From positions 173,724,001 through 173,788,000 of the forward strand of contig NC_042997.1 of assembly GCF_006345805.1 (NCBI RefSeq): a stretch of 64,000 nt of DNA. Direction: 5' to 3'. Of the stretch, positions 12,475 to 24,273 are shown in pieces. The notes under the pieces are model-generated. The model worked only from the letters and a program-made list of their open reading frames with translations, searched no databases and was not told the DNA's origin. The stretch's first letter is position 1; every line of letters starts with the position of its first letter. The position numbers and the translations under genes were made by a program. Source of the DNA: Octopus sinensis. Taxonomy: Eukaryota.

Positions 12475-12645
12475 CATTTAAAGCGACTAAACCTAAACAA
12501 TTAACTGAAAAAAGATGGGACGTACCACTGGGAAGTGAACACGACATCAATGTAAGCATGTAAAAGCATTGATGTCATGTTCACTTCCCAGTGGTTCGGC
12601 CCATAATTTTTTCAGTCATTTGTTTAAGTTTAGTCGCTTTGAATG
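12475..12645. repeat. 171-bp imperfect palindrome (foldback or MITE-like)
   Basis: Arms CATTTAAAGCGACTAAAC...ACCACTGGGAAGTGAACACGACATCAATG and its reverse complement, with a 14-nt loop. Confidence 0.85.
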
Positions 12646-12674
12646 GAACATATATTATTGCAAATAATATATGA

Positions 12675-12705
<31 letters not shown>

Positions 12706-12709
<4 letters not shown>

Positions 12710-13980
12710 CATGCACGAAGTATATAGCAAATTTTAATTTTCAAAATTTCTTAATTAAGCGTTTTTAATGTTTTCAGCGGAGTAGAATTTACAATGTAAT
12801 TATGCTTTTTCATTCCAGGTGCCATTATATTAAACATATGCGAAGAGTAACCATGCCACGCACAAAAAATTCAGCAGAACTGTCAGAATTTCAAAGGGGT
12901 CGTATTCTTGGGCAATCTGAGTCTGGTCTTAGCCAGCGAAAAATTGCCGAAAATCTTCAAATTCCTCTTGCTAATGTTCATAGCATTATAGTGCATTTCA
13001 ATAGCCAAGGAAAAGAATCAACAGGTTCACGTCCCGGCCGACCTGGGCCCTCGGTAAGGAAGCTTCGCTGTTTGAAGAGAATTGTGGAAAACGAAGCTCG
13101 TTCGAAGGCTTCTGACATTGCAAAAGTTAGCCCAAGAACGTGTGTTACATATCTGCATAATCTTGGGTATTATGGACGAGCATCTAGAAGAAAACCTCTC
13201 CTTCAACCAATTAATATCACGAAAACAACAACAACAAAAAAACAAGAAATAAGCTAAGGAGATGTCAGAAAAATCCAGTTCATTTTGGGATAGAGTGATT
13301 TTCTCAGATGAATCCAGATTTGCATTATTTTCAGACAGTGGACGTGTTTGGGTCTGGAGGCTTTCCAATAAAGAATTTGATTTGAAACGACTCCAACCAA
13401 CTGTGAAACATGGGCGGTATCTCTGTAATGCTATGGGGGGCTCTCAATGGTGGTTCTGAGCTGATCGAAGGTGTTGGAACCATAAACTCTGAAAAATACA
13501 TCGAAATACTTAAGCAAGGGCTACTTCCGATGTATTCACACGATAACATAACGAAAAATGAGATTTTATTCATGGAAGATGGGGCTCCATGCCACACAGT
13601 GAAAAGGAATCAACAATGGTTGACTGAAAATGGGATCAAAAAGCTTCCTTGGCCAAGCCATCTCCTGACATGAACCCAACTGAAAATCTTTGGAGCATAC
13701 TAGATAGAGCAATATGAAAACCTCGACAGAAACCTAAATCTAAAGATGAATTGCTTCGATTATTGCATGAAAAGTGGGCAAAAATTCAACAAGAAACAAT
13801 CACAAAGCTCATCAGTTCAATGCCAAAAAGAGTTTCTGAATTAAAAACTGCAGCGGAAATGTCAACTAAATACTAAAGTATGTAGTCCTACCTATCGATT
13901 ATATTTCAATTGTTAGCTTTGCATATTAAATAAGAGATTTTGAAAATTAAAGGTGTCTTTTTACTTCCTGCATGTCTCTG
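12706..13980 (+). mobile_element. Tc1-family DNA transposon, full length, degenerate
   Basis: Imperfect TIRs of about 50 bp (CAGACATGCACGAAGTA...TTTAATTTTCAAAAT versus the reverse complement at 13930-13980). TA precedes the left end. Contains the transposase remnant. Confidence 0.85.
12853..13876 (+). pseudogene. Tc1 transposase pseudogene (frameshifts and stops)
   Basis: HTH region MPRTKNSAELSEFQRGRILG...GRP. Catalytic motifs VIFSDESRF, LQPTVKHG, SVMLWG, FMEDGAPCH, WPS-PDMNPTENLW. Confidence 0.9.
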
Positions 13981-14418
13981 TGTGTGTATGTATATATACA
14001 TTACGATGAAAGTAAACAAACAAACGAAGTTTGCTTTAGAAGCGTCTTGGAAAGTTAAAGAAGTGATTTTAAATTCTAAAACGCAGGATAATGCTAATAA
14101 TATAACCTGAACAAGATAAGCTACCCCTATTTTGCAGAAAAAGTGTTGGCGGCCAGCTGGAAGTACGTGTAATACTACTGCTGGATAGCACAAGGTGAAA
14201 TCTGAAAGTGGACGAGCTTTATACTGTACTCTGCTATGTTCTTAACAGAATATAGCAAATATAGCATAACTATATATATATATATATATATTATATAGAG
14301 GGCATTATTACACATAAATGCCACACGCTAGGAGGGACTTTCAAAGTCATTACTACCAAAAATAAACGAATCGTACCGAATGTAGCTCTCGAAGTAAGAC
14401 ATTTAAAAAAAGAATTTA

Positions 14419-14482
14419 GTTCCAGATCACCTGTGATTTCGCAATTAACGTATTATCTACGTCTTTTGTTCATCAGTGAAAC
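14419..14482 (-). ncRNA. Type I hammerhead ribozyme motif within a probable solo Penelope-type repeat (about 14296-14690, flanked by (TA)n)
   Basis: Minus strand: GTTTCA-CTGATGA-[stem II with ACGTA/TACGT]-GAA-ATCAC-AG-GTGAT-C-TGGAAC. AUC triplet; stem I extends through GAAT/ATTC. Confidence 0.7.
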
Positions 14483-14693
14483 ATATTCAGAACATATCAC
14501 AAATAAACAAAACCTACATACCCGGCGGAACCAAACAGACAACTGTCGCCTCCATCGTAGCACATGGAAATGTTCAATCATCATATATTCATGTAAATGG
14601 CGGGCTTTTTCGAACTGCATTTCGGTAAGAAACGTGTTTCTTCGGAACAAATTAACAATTAAGGATAAAATCTTAATAAGAAATCTTTATATT

Positions 14694-14729
<36 letters not shown>

Positions 14730-14879
14730 ATATAATATATATATATAATATATATATATATAATATATATATTATATATATATATATACATACATACATA
14801 CATACATATATATATACATACATATATATATATACATACATACATACATACATACATACTACATACATACATACATACA

Positions 14880-14911
<32 letters not shown>

Positions 14912-15889
14912 ATCGACGGACTTCTTTCACTTTTCGTCTAACAAATCAATTAAGAAGGCTTTGGTCGGCCCGGAACTATAGTACTATAGTAGAAGTCACT
15001 TGACCAAGACGTCACGCGGTGGGAATGAACTCATAATCATATGCCTGGGAAGCAAACTTCTCACCACACAGCCACGACTTCACTATTTGTCTAGATAAAG
15101 GTGATCGATCTAATTAGTTTCCGTGTTTATTATCGCTTTCAAAGAGATCCATTATTCGCTTTATTAACCACAAGAATTGTTTATTTCTAGAAAATATGAC
15201 TTTCGACATGATTAATTTGATCTAAATTAATTTGCATAAGAGAGCAAGCGCTGCCTGTGTGAAACAATTAGATAATTGCATGTTCACATCCCGTTAGCTA
15301 GCGTTTCGGCACAAAGGACCGATAGAATAAGTAACAGGCTTACAAAGAATAAGTCCTGGGGTCGATTTGTTCGACTAAAGGCGGTGCTCCAGCATGGCTG
15401 CAGTCAACTGATTGAAGCAAGTAAAAGAATGAAAGAATATGTATGTATGCATATGTATATATACAAATGGAATATTACTCACAGATACACGTAAAACTGC
15501 GTTTATTTATGAATACGCGTGTGTATCAGTGTGACAGGTCGTGTGTTATTGGTGGGGGTGTTTTTAAATTCGTCAGCGGACACGGATGAGTGACTGCCAA
15601 CCACAAGCCGCTGGCCACTTGGATATTTTCCTGGCATATTAGGTTGGTGACATGCGCGGTATAAAGAAAGCCCCGTGCAGTTTAGACGATACGCTCTGTT
15701 TGCCTGACCCGAGTGTGGATAAATAGAGGTCAGACTAGAATCATATGCTTCAAAGCGTCAATACAGTGGGTTTCACACACGCCAAGATCCTTTTGCAAAC
15801 GAAATAATACCAATGCACATGTTCGGATACTCAACGCATTCTTAACCCTTATTACCAGATTCTAAAGTCACACACACACACACACACAC

Positions 15890-16325
15890 CTTCTCTCTCT
15901 CTCTTTCTCTTTCTCTCTCACACCTTCCCTCTATCTCCCTCTCTCACACCTCCCGCTCTCCCCTTCTCCTCTCCCACTTTCTCTCTCTCTCACCTCCTCT
16001 CTCTCTCCCTCCCTCTCACACCTCTCACACCTTCCCTCTCTCTCCCACTCTCACACCTTCCCTCTCTCTCTCTATCACACATCACTAACCTTCCCCTTTC
16101 CCCCCTCCCTCCTTCATCCCACCTCACACCTTCCCTCTGTCTCTCTCCCTCTGTCTCTCTCCCTCTCCCTCTCTCTCACCTTCCCTCTCTCTCTCTCTCC
16201 CTCTCACACCTCTCACACCTCTCACACCTTCCCTCTCTCTCCCTCTCTCACACCTTCCCTCTCTTTCCCCTCTCACACCTTCCCTCTCTCTCCCTCTGTC
16301 ACACCTCCCCTCCCCCTCTCTCCCG
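15890..16325. repeat. Pyrimidine-rich minisatellite (CTCTCACACCTTCC-type units)
   Basis: Seen directly. Confidence 0.85.
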
Positions 16326-16438
16326 CACACACACACACACACACACACAACATTGGCACATATAGTCCGATGAAGCTTAGCAGGCAAAAAAAGTTGACGT
16401 CACAAATATCCCTCATCTCTTAAAAGTTAAATATTAAA

Positions 16439-16918
16439 GGCACAAGCGCGGCTGTGTAGCAAGAAGTTTGCTTCTTAAGAACATGGTTCCTGGTTCAGTC
16501 CCACTGTTTGGGACCTGGGACAAGTGTCTTCTACTATAGTTTCGGGCTGACCAAAGCCTTGTGAGTGGAAACTGAAAGTAGCCCGTCGTATACACACACA
16601 CGCACGCATGCACGTGCGCGCGCACACACACACATACACACATACACACACACATACACACCACACACATATATGTGTATATCTCTGCATGTGTATCTTT
16701 GTATCAGTGTTTCTCCCCCAACCACCGCTTGGTAACACGTGTTGGTGTGTTTACGTCCTCGTAACTTCTCGGTTCGGCAGATGTGACCGGTAAAATAAGT
16801 ACCACGCTTAAAAAGATAAGTAATGTGGACGATTCATTCGACTAAAAATTCTTCAAGGCGGTGCCCCATCATGGCCGCAGTCCAATGACTGAATCAAGTA
16901 AAAGATAAAAGATAAAAG
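16439..16918 (+). mobile_element. SINE family B, diverged copy
   Basis: Head, CORE-like segment and (TAAAAGA)n tail. Confidence 0.75.
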
Positions 16919-16983
16919 CTCTACCCAACTAAAAGAGCATTGTGTAATTCTTCGCTTTAATGTTGAATTGCTTTTATATATAA

Positions 16984-17353
16984 CTAGCAGTATCGCCCGG
17001 CGTTGCTCGGGTTTGTAAGGGAAATAACTATAAAGCATTTTTAGAGAGTTATAGCCAAAAAATGGGAAAAAAATGATGGTAAATTTTTTTTAGTTAAAAA
17101 GGTCGAGTTGCGTCCCCTAGATAGTCTGTGGTTTGTGTTTCTAATTTTCGATCCCATGTCGAATTTATCGATTTTTTTCAGAACTGGGGGAACTTTTCAA
17201 AATTTTCGCTGCGTTAGTTTTGAATTATGACATTGGGCTATGTGTGTGTCAAGTTTCATCAGAATCGGTTGAAAGCCGTGGTCAGGGTGAGGGTACAACC
17301 TAACAGACACACAGAAACACACACAGACAAACTGCCGTTTATATATAGAGAGA
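16984..17353 (-). mobile_element. Non-autonomous Helitron (second internal type)
   Basis: Same 3' hairpin plus CTAG and 5' TC, A|T insertion site. Internal sequence differs from the other four copies. Confidence 0.75.
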
Positions 17354-17664
17354 TTTTCATGACATTTCTGTGATACACGATCCCTATTGATCGTTTTTTT
17401 TTTCCTTTTTACGATCCCTTTTCATCGAAAACCTACCCAACTTTTTTTTTCTCCCCAAATAGAAAAGCTCTAATTTGTAATTTGTCCCGTCTTTGTTCAG
17501 CCCTGTGTGGCTAATAAAGAAACATATATAATTTGACAAACATAACGTACAAACCAGGATTTGAGCACTTCATCGAAATATGAAAAATTTATGTTTTTTA
17601 TGCATCCAGGTTGGTTACCTGGGTTTCTAAGCTGCAGTACCCCAAGAAGGCTGTGTTTACAAAT

Positions 17665-19164
17665 ATTCTTTTCTACTCCAGGTACAAGGCCCAAAATTTT
17701 TGGAGAGGTGGGGTGGGGGTAGTCGATTAGATCGACTTCAGTATGCAACTGGTACTAAATTTATTGATCCGAAATGGCAAAGTCGACTTTGGCGGAATTT
17801 TAACACAGAACGTAGCGCCTGACGAAATACCTATTTCTTTACTACCCACAAGGGGCTAAACACAGAGGGGACAAACAAGGACAGAAAGACGGATTAAGTC
17901 GATTATATCGACCCAAGTGCGTAACTGGTACTTATTTAATCGACCCCGAAAGGATGAAAGGCAAAGTCGACCTCGGCAGAATTTGAACTCAGAACGTAAC
18001 GGCAGATGAAGTACCGCTAAGCATTTCGCCCGGTGTGCTAACGATCCTGCCAGCTCGCCGCTTCGTTTAAAAATACATAGTAAGGGTGGTTAATGAGTAG
18101 AATCGATCAGATGACAGACAAAACGTCTTGTGGTATTTAGTCTTTTGGCGGCGAGCTGGGAGAAACGTTAGCACGCCGGGCGAAATGCTTAGCGGTATTT
18201 CGTCTGCTGTTACGTTGTGAGTTCAAATTCCGCCGAGGTCGACTTTGCCTTTCATCCTTTCGGGGTCGATAAATTAAGTACCAGTTCTGCACTGGGGTCG
18301 ATGTAATCGACTTAATACCTATGTCTGTCCTTGTTTGTCCCCTCTGTGTTTAGCCCCTTGTGGGTAATAAAGAAATAGGTATTTAGTCTTTTGTTGTATG
18401 TCAACATTCCACCGAGATTAACTTTGCCTTTTAGCCATCGAGGTTCAACAAAAAATAATGAAAAAAAAAACAGTATCAGGGTACTGGAGAATATGTAATC
18501 GACAATTCCCATCCTTCTAATTAGAGGCCTCATGATTATATAAGAAATCACTGTTATTTGATAAGCAAAGGCGGAGAGCTAGCAGAATCGTTAACAAGTC
18601 GGACAAAATGCTTATTGGCATTTCTTCCGACTTTACGTTCTGCATTCAAATGCTACACGCGTTAACTTTGCCTTTCATCCTTTCGAATATCGATAAAATA
18701 AGTACCGGTTGACAAGGCTAAGCTGAGAGAATTGTCATCGAGTCGGACAAAATACTTGGTGCTATTTCTTCTGAATTTATATTTTGAGTTTAAATGCCGC
18801 CGGGGTCGCCCTTGACTTTCATGCTTTCGGTGTCAATAAAATAAATACCAGTCAAGCAATGGGGTCGATGTAATCGACTTGCTTCCTCCCCCCAAATTGC
18901 AAACCTTGCGCTAGAATTTGAAACCAATATTTATTTCTTTACTACCCACAAGAGGCTAAACACAGAGGGGACAAACAAAGACAGACAAACGGATTAAGTC
19001 GATTACATCGACCCCAGTGCGTAACTGGTACTTATTTAATCGACCCCGAAAGGATGAAAGGCAAAGTCGACATCAGCGGAATTTGAACCCAGAACGTAAC
19101 GGCCGACGAAATACGGCTACGCATTTCGTCCGGTGTGCTAACGTTTCTGCCAGCTTGCCGCCTT
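17665..19164. mobile_element. Cluster of SINE family A copies on both strands (young copies 17832-18061(-), 18147-18377(+), 18932-19164(-))
   Basis: TSDs: GGTATTTAGTCTTTT at 18132-18146 and 18378-18392; CTAGAATTYGAAACCAATATT at 18911-18931 and 19165-19185. Confidence 0.85.
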
Positions 19165-20005
19165 CTAGAATTCGAAACCAATATTATTCGAATGGCATAT
19201 ATATTTTCAGTAGTTACTTACATCACTGTAATTTCTAAGTTCAAATCCCAGTGGGGACGATAAAATAAGCACGACTCAAGTATTTTAGTCAATTAGATCA
19301 ACAATTTGTGGACATCTGCAAAGTTAGACATAAAAATATCATTGCTTCAGTTTTACTTAGACTACAGATGGAATGATGAACATCACCACAGCTCATTTGT
19401 ATTTCACAAGAGACTACAGGGCCATGTGGTTGCAGCCAAGTTTATAGAAATTAATAAACACTGATGCAAATGTTATGGCAGCTATTGATGTTGTTGTTGT
19501 TGTTGTTGTTGTTGTAACTCTTACAACTGTTACTGCTGTTGGCATTGTTACTGTTGTTTTCGTTGCTGTTATTGTTGGTTTTTCCATTACCGTTATTTGT
19601 GTTGTTTGTTGTTCAATGAACTCGTTTCATTTCTCAGTAGGATAACTGGAGGCAGAGTCATTTGGCAGAAAATTTCAATGCTGAAACCTTCGCCGTGTTC
19701 GCTTCTCAGCTGTGGAGCTTGGGAGAGTTTGTGAGACAGAATTCCTACAAGCTGAACCGTGAACATCAAAACTTCATTCATGACTGCACCTTGTCGGATC
19801 ACTGATGTTCAATACATGAAATAATGGATTTTCTATAAAGCAAGCCAAACACACGCGCCTTCTATCCGCCATTTTACTATATGTGGTTTCCAGTTTTCCC
19901 CATCTTTCCCTCTCATTCTTATTCACATTGCGTCTCTTTTTCCACTTGTCCTGCCCGCCCTCTCTCTCTCTCTCTCTCTCTCGCACACATTCAACATAAC
20001 CTCAT

Positions 20006-20050
<45 letters not shown>

Positions 20051-20126
20051 AGAATGTATATATGCATATACATGTATATGTATATAAATGTATATATATA
20101 TATATATACATAAATGTATATATATA

Positions 20127-20157
<31 letters not shown>

Positions 20158-20257
20158 CATACATATCATCATATATATACATATATGTATATGTATACAT
20201 ATTCATCATATATATATATATCTAACGTCATTCCTCTCTATCACCTTCTCACCTTCG

Positions 20258-20294
<37 letters not shown>

Positions 20295-20672
20295 ACACTC
20301 AGGCGCGCTCACAGACGCAGGCATACATCAAGTAATAAAAAAAATATATATGTAGTAATGAAAACAATACCAAAACAAAGCAAACCGAATCTTATGCCCC
20401 TCCACTGAGACGCAGACCCCCACAAAACACAAATAAACACACACACACACATACACTCGCGCGCACACACACACACACACACACACAGACACACACACAT
20501 TCCAACTCTTATGCAACTCAACTTCTTTCCCGATCAGTTTCGGGATATTCTCTCTGATATTACCCATTTACCATTCTCCACAAACTTAATGTTTGAAGGA
20601 AAGTGATCGGAAGACACATACGCACACACACATACACACACACATACATACATACATACATACATACATGCG

Positions 20673-20721
<49 letters not shown>

Positions 20722-20902
20722 CATACATACATACACACATACATATATACATACCTACATACCTATCTACCTATCTACATACATACATGCGTTATATATA
20801 TACATGCGTTTTAACATATATATATATGTATATAAAAATGATATATGTGTGTATGTGCATACATATTTAAATGATTATGTAAATATATATATATATATAC
20901 AC

Positions 20903-21001
<99 letters not shown>

Positions 21002-21679
21002 TATACAAATATGCATCTGTATTTATTAGCACGCACACATGCACTCGCATATAAACATACACATGATCGCGCACACATATACACTTACGTATGTGCACGT
21101 TACACTTACGTATGTGCACGTTACACTTACTTACGTCTTTCCGGAGACCAACAACTTTCTCGCTCCGGCTTTGGCTTCTCGCTGGAGAATCTCAACGTGA
21201 AGAATACTTTGCTGCCAATATAGTGTTGCGAATATTCTGATAGGGTGGGAGTGGTGGTGGTGTTCGGTGTGGTGGTGGTGTTCGGTGGTGGGTTGGCACG
21301 AAACAACCGACAAACGCAGTGAGCTGTAAACAAGATGAGACTAGCAGGGTTGGTGCGGTCTCTCTAAGCTAATACAACCAGCAGAGTGACATTGCTTAAT
21401 GCAATGCACGATAAAATGCGTTGCTGAATACACTTGGAGTCAGTCGTGTGTCAGACGAAATCTCGAGAAATGCCGTCTTCGCTGTATATCTGCCTGTCTG
21501 TCTGTCCTGTCTACCTGTTTGTGTGTCTGCCTGCATATGTATGTGTGAGAGTGTATGAGAGAGCGTGTGCGTATGTGTGTGTGTGAGAGATAAAAAGAGA
21601 GAGAAGAGGAGAGAGACAGAGAGACAGAGAGAGAAAGAGCGTATGTGTCAGTCTTCATGAATGACAGATTGACTGGCTG

Positions 21680-21680
21680 A

Positions 21681-21767
<87 letters not shown>

Positions 21768-21773
21768 CATCAG

Positions 21774-21819
<46 letters not shown>

Positions 21820-21839
21820 CATCAGTCTATCTATCTATC

Positions 21840-21932
<93 letters not shown>

Positions 21933-21935
21933 CTG
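21680..21935. repeat. (TCTA)n microsatellite
   Basis: Seen directly. Confidence 0.95.
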
Positions 21936-21976
21936 CCTGTATGTATCTACATAACTATATCTCACTCTATTTGCAT

Positions 21977-22039
<63 letters not shown>

Positions 22040-22278
22040 TGTGAGAGTATTGTGTATATATTCTCCTTAGGGTTGGTTGTAACGCCAGTCCATCGCATGA
22101 CCATTCATTTCAACCAGCTGGGTGGACTGGATGAATATGAAATGAAGCGTTTGGCTCAAGTACACAACAGATCGAAAGATTCAAGATTCAAGAAACGAAA
22201 ACACAATCTTACAATCATGACTGTAGGACATTTACTACTAAACCACGCGCTGTCCACTATACATACATACATACATAC

Positions 22279-22309
<31 letters not shown>

Positions 22310-22323
22310 CATACATACATACA

Positions 22324-22357
<34 letters not shown>

Positions 22358-22389
22358 ATCAAACTAAGCAAGAAGGATATCCAGAGGTA

Positions 22390-22478
22390 ATGCAGTACGA
22401 TCGTTTCATGCAACTCCATTTAATTAAACAAGGCAATCATTACATCAATTTAAAATGCAGAGCAATCTTCAGCTGCAC
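22390..22478 (-). ncRNA. Type I hammerhead motif with long stem II
   Basis: Minus strand: GTGCAG-CTGAAGA-[58 nt imperfect hairpin]-GAA-ACGATCGT-A-CTGCAT. Palindromic stem III, GUA triplet, 6-bp stem I. Confidence 0.65.
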
Positions 22479-22597
22479 AAAAACATAAATTTAATTAAAT
22501 TAGAACATAAGGAAATATTAGTATAATTATACCTAAAATCTCCAAGAAGTTAAGGAGATAGACAAAGAACATGCCTTTCTTACTCCAGCATAGAAGT

Positions 22598-22641
<44 letters not shown>

Positions 22642-22787
22642 ACTTTCTTAATCTACTACACCCATAGAAAAGGAAAATAATTACAAAATTTGGCTTAATA
22701 GTAATTCTTGTTATAGACAAGGGAACGTTTCATGGAGACGGTTAATGGTTGCTAAATAAGTGGCGAATTCGACAAATTTTAGAATTA

Positions 22788-23303
22788 TCTATATATATAT
22801 ATAAAACTGTAGTTGTGTGAGTGTCTGTCCCCTTCGATTTAGATTCTAACTACTCCCACATTTTGCGCAGCAGTTTAACCAAAACCGGGTATCATATAGT
22901 CGTGATTCATATCGAGCCCGTCTGAGTACTAGCGCGCGTCTACGATGAGTCTACGATTTTTAAAATAATTTAACATCATTTTTTATTCCATTTTAATGCA
23001 TAATTTTTCGTGTGTCGATGGCGGCGGAGTTGGCGTCCATGGTCACACCTGCACCTGTTTGCTTCTCCCCCTTCTTCCCTCCCTCGTGAAGCTGTGGGGA
23101 AGGGAGTGTAAGGAAATCAACGTCGTAAAGCGTTGTCAAGGAGACCAGTGTTCTTTTAGAACAACGACTTCATGGCTTGAAGACACCAAAACAGAAATGG
23201 CTAAGAAAGCCCGAATTGGCATCTATAAGGGAAGTAACTCTCTAAAAATTCTTATATAGTTATTTCCCTTACAAACCCGAGCAACGCCGGGCGATACTGC
23301 TAG
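22788..23303 (+). mobile_element. Non-autonomous Helitron carrying an extra segment of about 220 bp
   Basis: A|TC...hairpin-CTAG|T ends. The segment at about 23003-23223 is absent from the sister copies. Confidence 0.8.
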
Positions 23304-23650
23304 TTATTATTAAAATCATCGTACATGATCAGACCATCTCCACTTTATGTCTTCTTTCAAATTTTAAATCAGTTTGTATTTTGATATTCCCTTAATGACT
23401 TTCCAAAAATTATAACTAACTCTAATGTCTTTTAATTGATTAAACTTTTTCCGTTTTTTTTTTTGTTGTGTTTACTCATTGTATATTATTTACCATGGCT
23501 TAAGTATATGTTCTTTATGCAGACAGTAACTTAGGGAAAATTTCTCTCTACATGTAAATACTTGTCCAGTTGTCTTACCTGCTTATTCTTCTATCTTTGT
23601 ATATTTTGCCTATCTGACTACCTATTGATACAAGTATGTATAAAAACATA

Positions 23651-24041
23651 TCTTTATATATAAAAGTAAGGTTGTGTGTCTGTCTACTCCGATTTAGATT
23701 CCTAACTACTCCCACATTTTGCGGTGCAGTTTAACCCAAACCGGGTATCTTATAGTCGTGATTCATATCGCGCCCTTCTGGATATTAGCGCGCGTCTACG
23801 ATGAGTCTACGATTTTAAAAATAATTTGCCATCATTTTTTCCATTTTAATGCATATTTTTTAAATATAAGGGAAGTAACTCTCTAAAAATGTCTACGATG
23901 AGTCAACGATTTAAAAAAAAATTACCATCATATTTTTTTCATTTTTAATACATTTTTTGCTATTTTTTGGCTATAACTCTCTAAAAATGCTTTATAGTTA
24001 TTTCCATTACAAACCCGAGCAACGCCGGGCGATACTGCTAG
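23651..24041 (+). mobile_element. Non-autonomous Helitron with an internal duplication
   Basis: A|TC...CTAG|T ends; GTCTACGATGAGTC block duplicated. Confidence 0.8.
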
Positions 24042-24273
24042 TATTGTATAAATAATTATCTATTACCTCTATCTGCGCCAACATTAGCGGCAACGATAAT
24101 ATTAGCAATCTGACCCACAATTCCTACATTAACAACGACAGCAACAACACGATCAAAGAGCGAAATAAGGTGGCTAGGAAGCCTATACGCAGTCAATCTG
24201 CTCTATCTTCCTCAAAAACTACATTTTTAGGATATACTAAAAATAACAAAAAAATAAATAAAAGGTCAGGTCA

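Noticed and set aside
14477-14624. Exon-like segment with a CATCAG acceptor, TCG|GTAAGA donor and two open frames
   Set aside because: The apparent acceptor is the reverse complement of a hammerhead core (CTGATGA), and the segment lies in a (TA)n-bounded repeat-like unit, so a host exon is less likely.
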